From NCBI RefSeq assembly GCF_006345805.1, contig NW_021831980.1, positions 1 through 32,485 on the forward strand: 32,485 nucleotides of DNA. The letters run 5' to 3'. The position numbers and the translations under genes were made by a program. Below the pieces are notes generated by a model that was not told where the DNA came from, ran no database searches, and worked only from the letters and a program-made list of their open reading frames with translations. This document shows, in pieces, positions 32,129 through 32,485 of this stretch (positions are counted from its first letter, which is position 1; each line of letters starts with the position of its first letter). This stretch comes from Octopus sinensis (lineage: Eukaryota).

Positions 32129-32460
32129 TATTTCTTTACTGCCCACAAGGGGCTAAACACAGAGGGGACAAACAAGGAAAGACAAAGGGATTAAGTCGAT
32201 TACAGCGATCCCAGTGCGAAACTGGTACTTTATTTATCGACCCCGAAAGGATGAAAGGCAAAGTTGACCTCGGCGGAATTTGAACTCAGAACGTAACGAC
32301 GGACGAAATACCGCTAAGCATTTCGCCCGGCATTTTGTCTGTCGTTACGTTCTGAGTTCAAATTCCGCCGAAATCGATTTTGCCTTTCATCCTTCGGGGT
32401 CGATAAATAAGTACCAGTTTCGCACTGGGGTCGATGTAATCGACTCATCCTCCCCTCCCA
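32129..32460. mobile_element. Head-to-head inverted pair of SINE family B fragments
   Basis: Minus copy at 32129-32331 (tail-1) immediately followed by plus copy at 32332-32460; arms 32194-32309 and 32332-32445 are reverse complements. Confidence 0.9.
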
Positions 32461-32485
32461 ACTGCAGCCCTGTGGCAAAATTTGA

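Overview
This is repeat-saturated, AT-rich eukaryotic (animal) DNA with no intact protein-coding gene that I can support. The SINE repertoire and the extreme di-, tri- and tetranucleotide microsatellite load look like an octopus (coleoid cephalopod) genome; this is inference from recall, not a search result. Almost every ORF in the supplied track is microsatellite read-through or SINE sequence. Real content: (i) at least four tRNA-derived SINE head types, several bounded by readable target-site duplications (TSDs), including dimers and trimers and head/tail-swapped chimeras; (ii) decayed Tc1/mariner elements (one full-length DD37D/maT copy with TIRs, a second maT-like relic, one DD34D mariner); (iii) non-LTR relics (a CR1/L2-type 3' end, an RTE 3' end, and three copies of a restriction-like-endonuclease LINE 3' end); (iv) two non-coding TIR elements, one enclosing a ~280 bp 28S rRNA 5'/D1 fragment; (v) four minimal hammerhead-ribozyme-like motifs of the Penelope/retrozyme type, two of them in a 370-nt tandem. 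The hammerhead motifs, the TIR-enclosed 28S fragment, the SINE multimers inside single TSDs and a possible duplication-derived intron in the mariner ORF are the most notable observations. All coordinates and translations were read by eye and may be off by a few bases.
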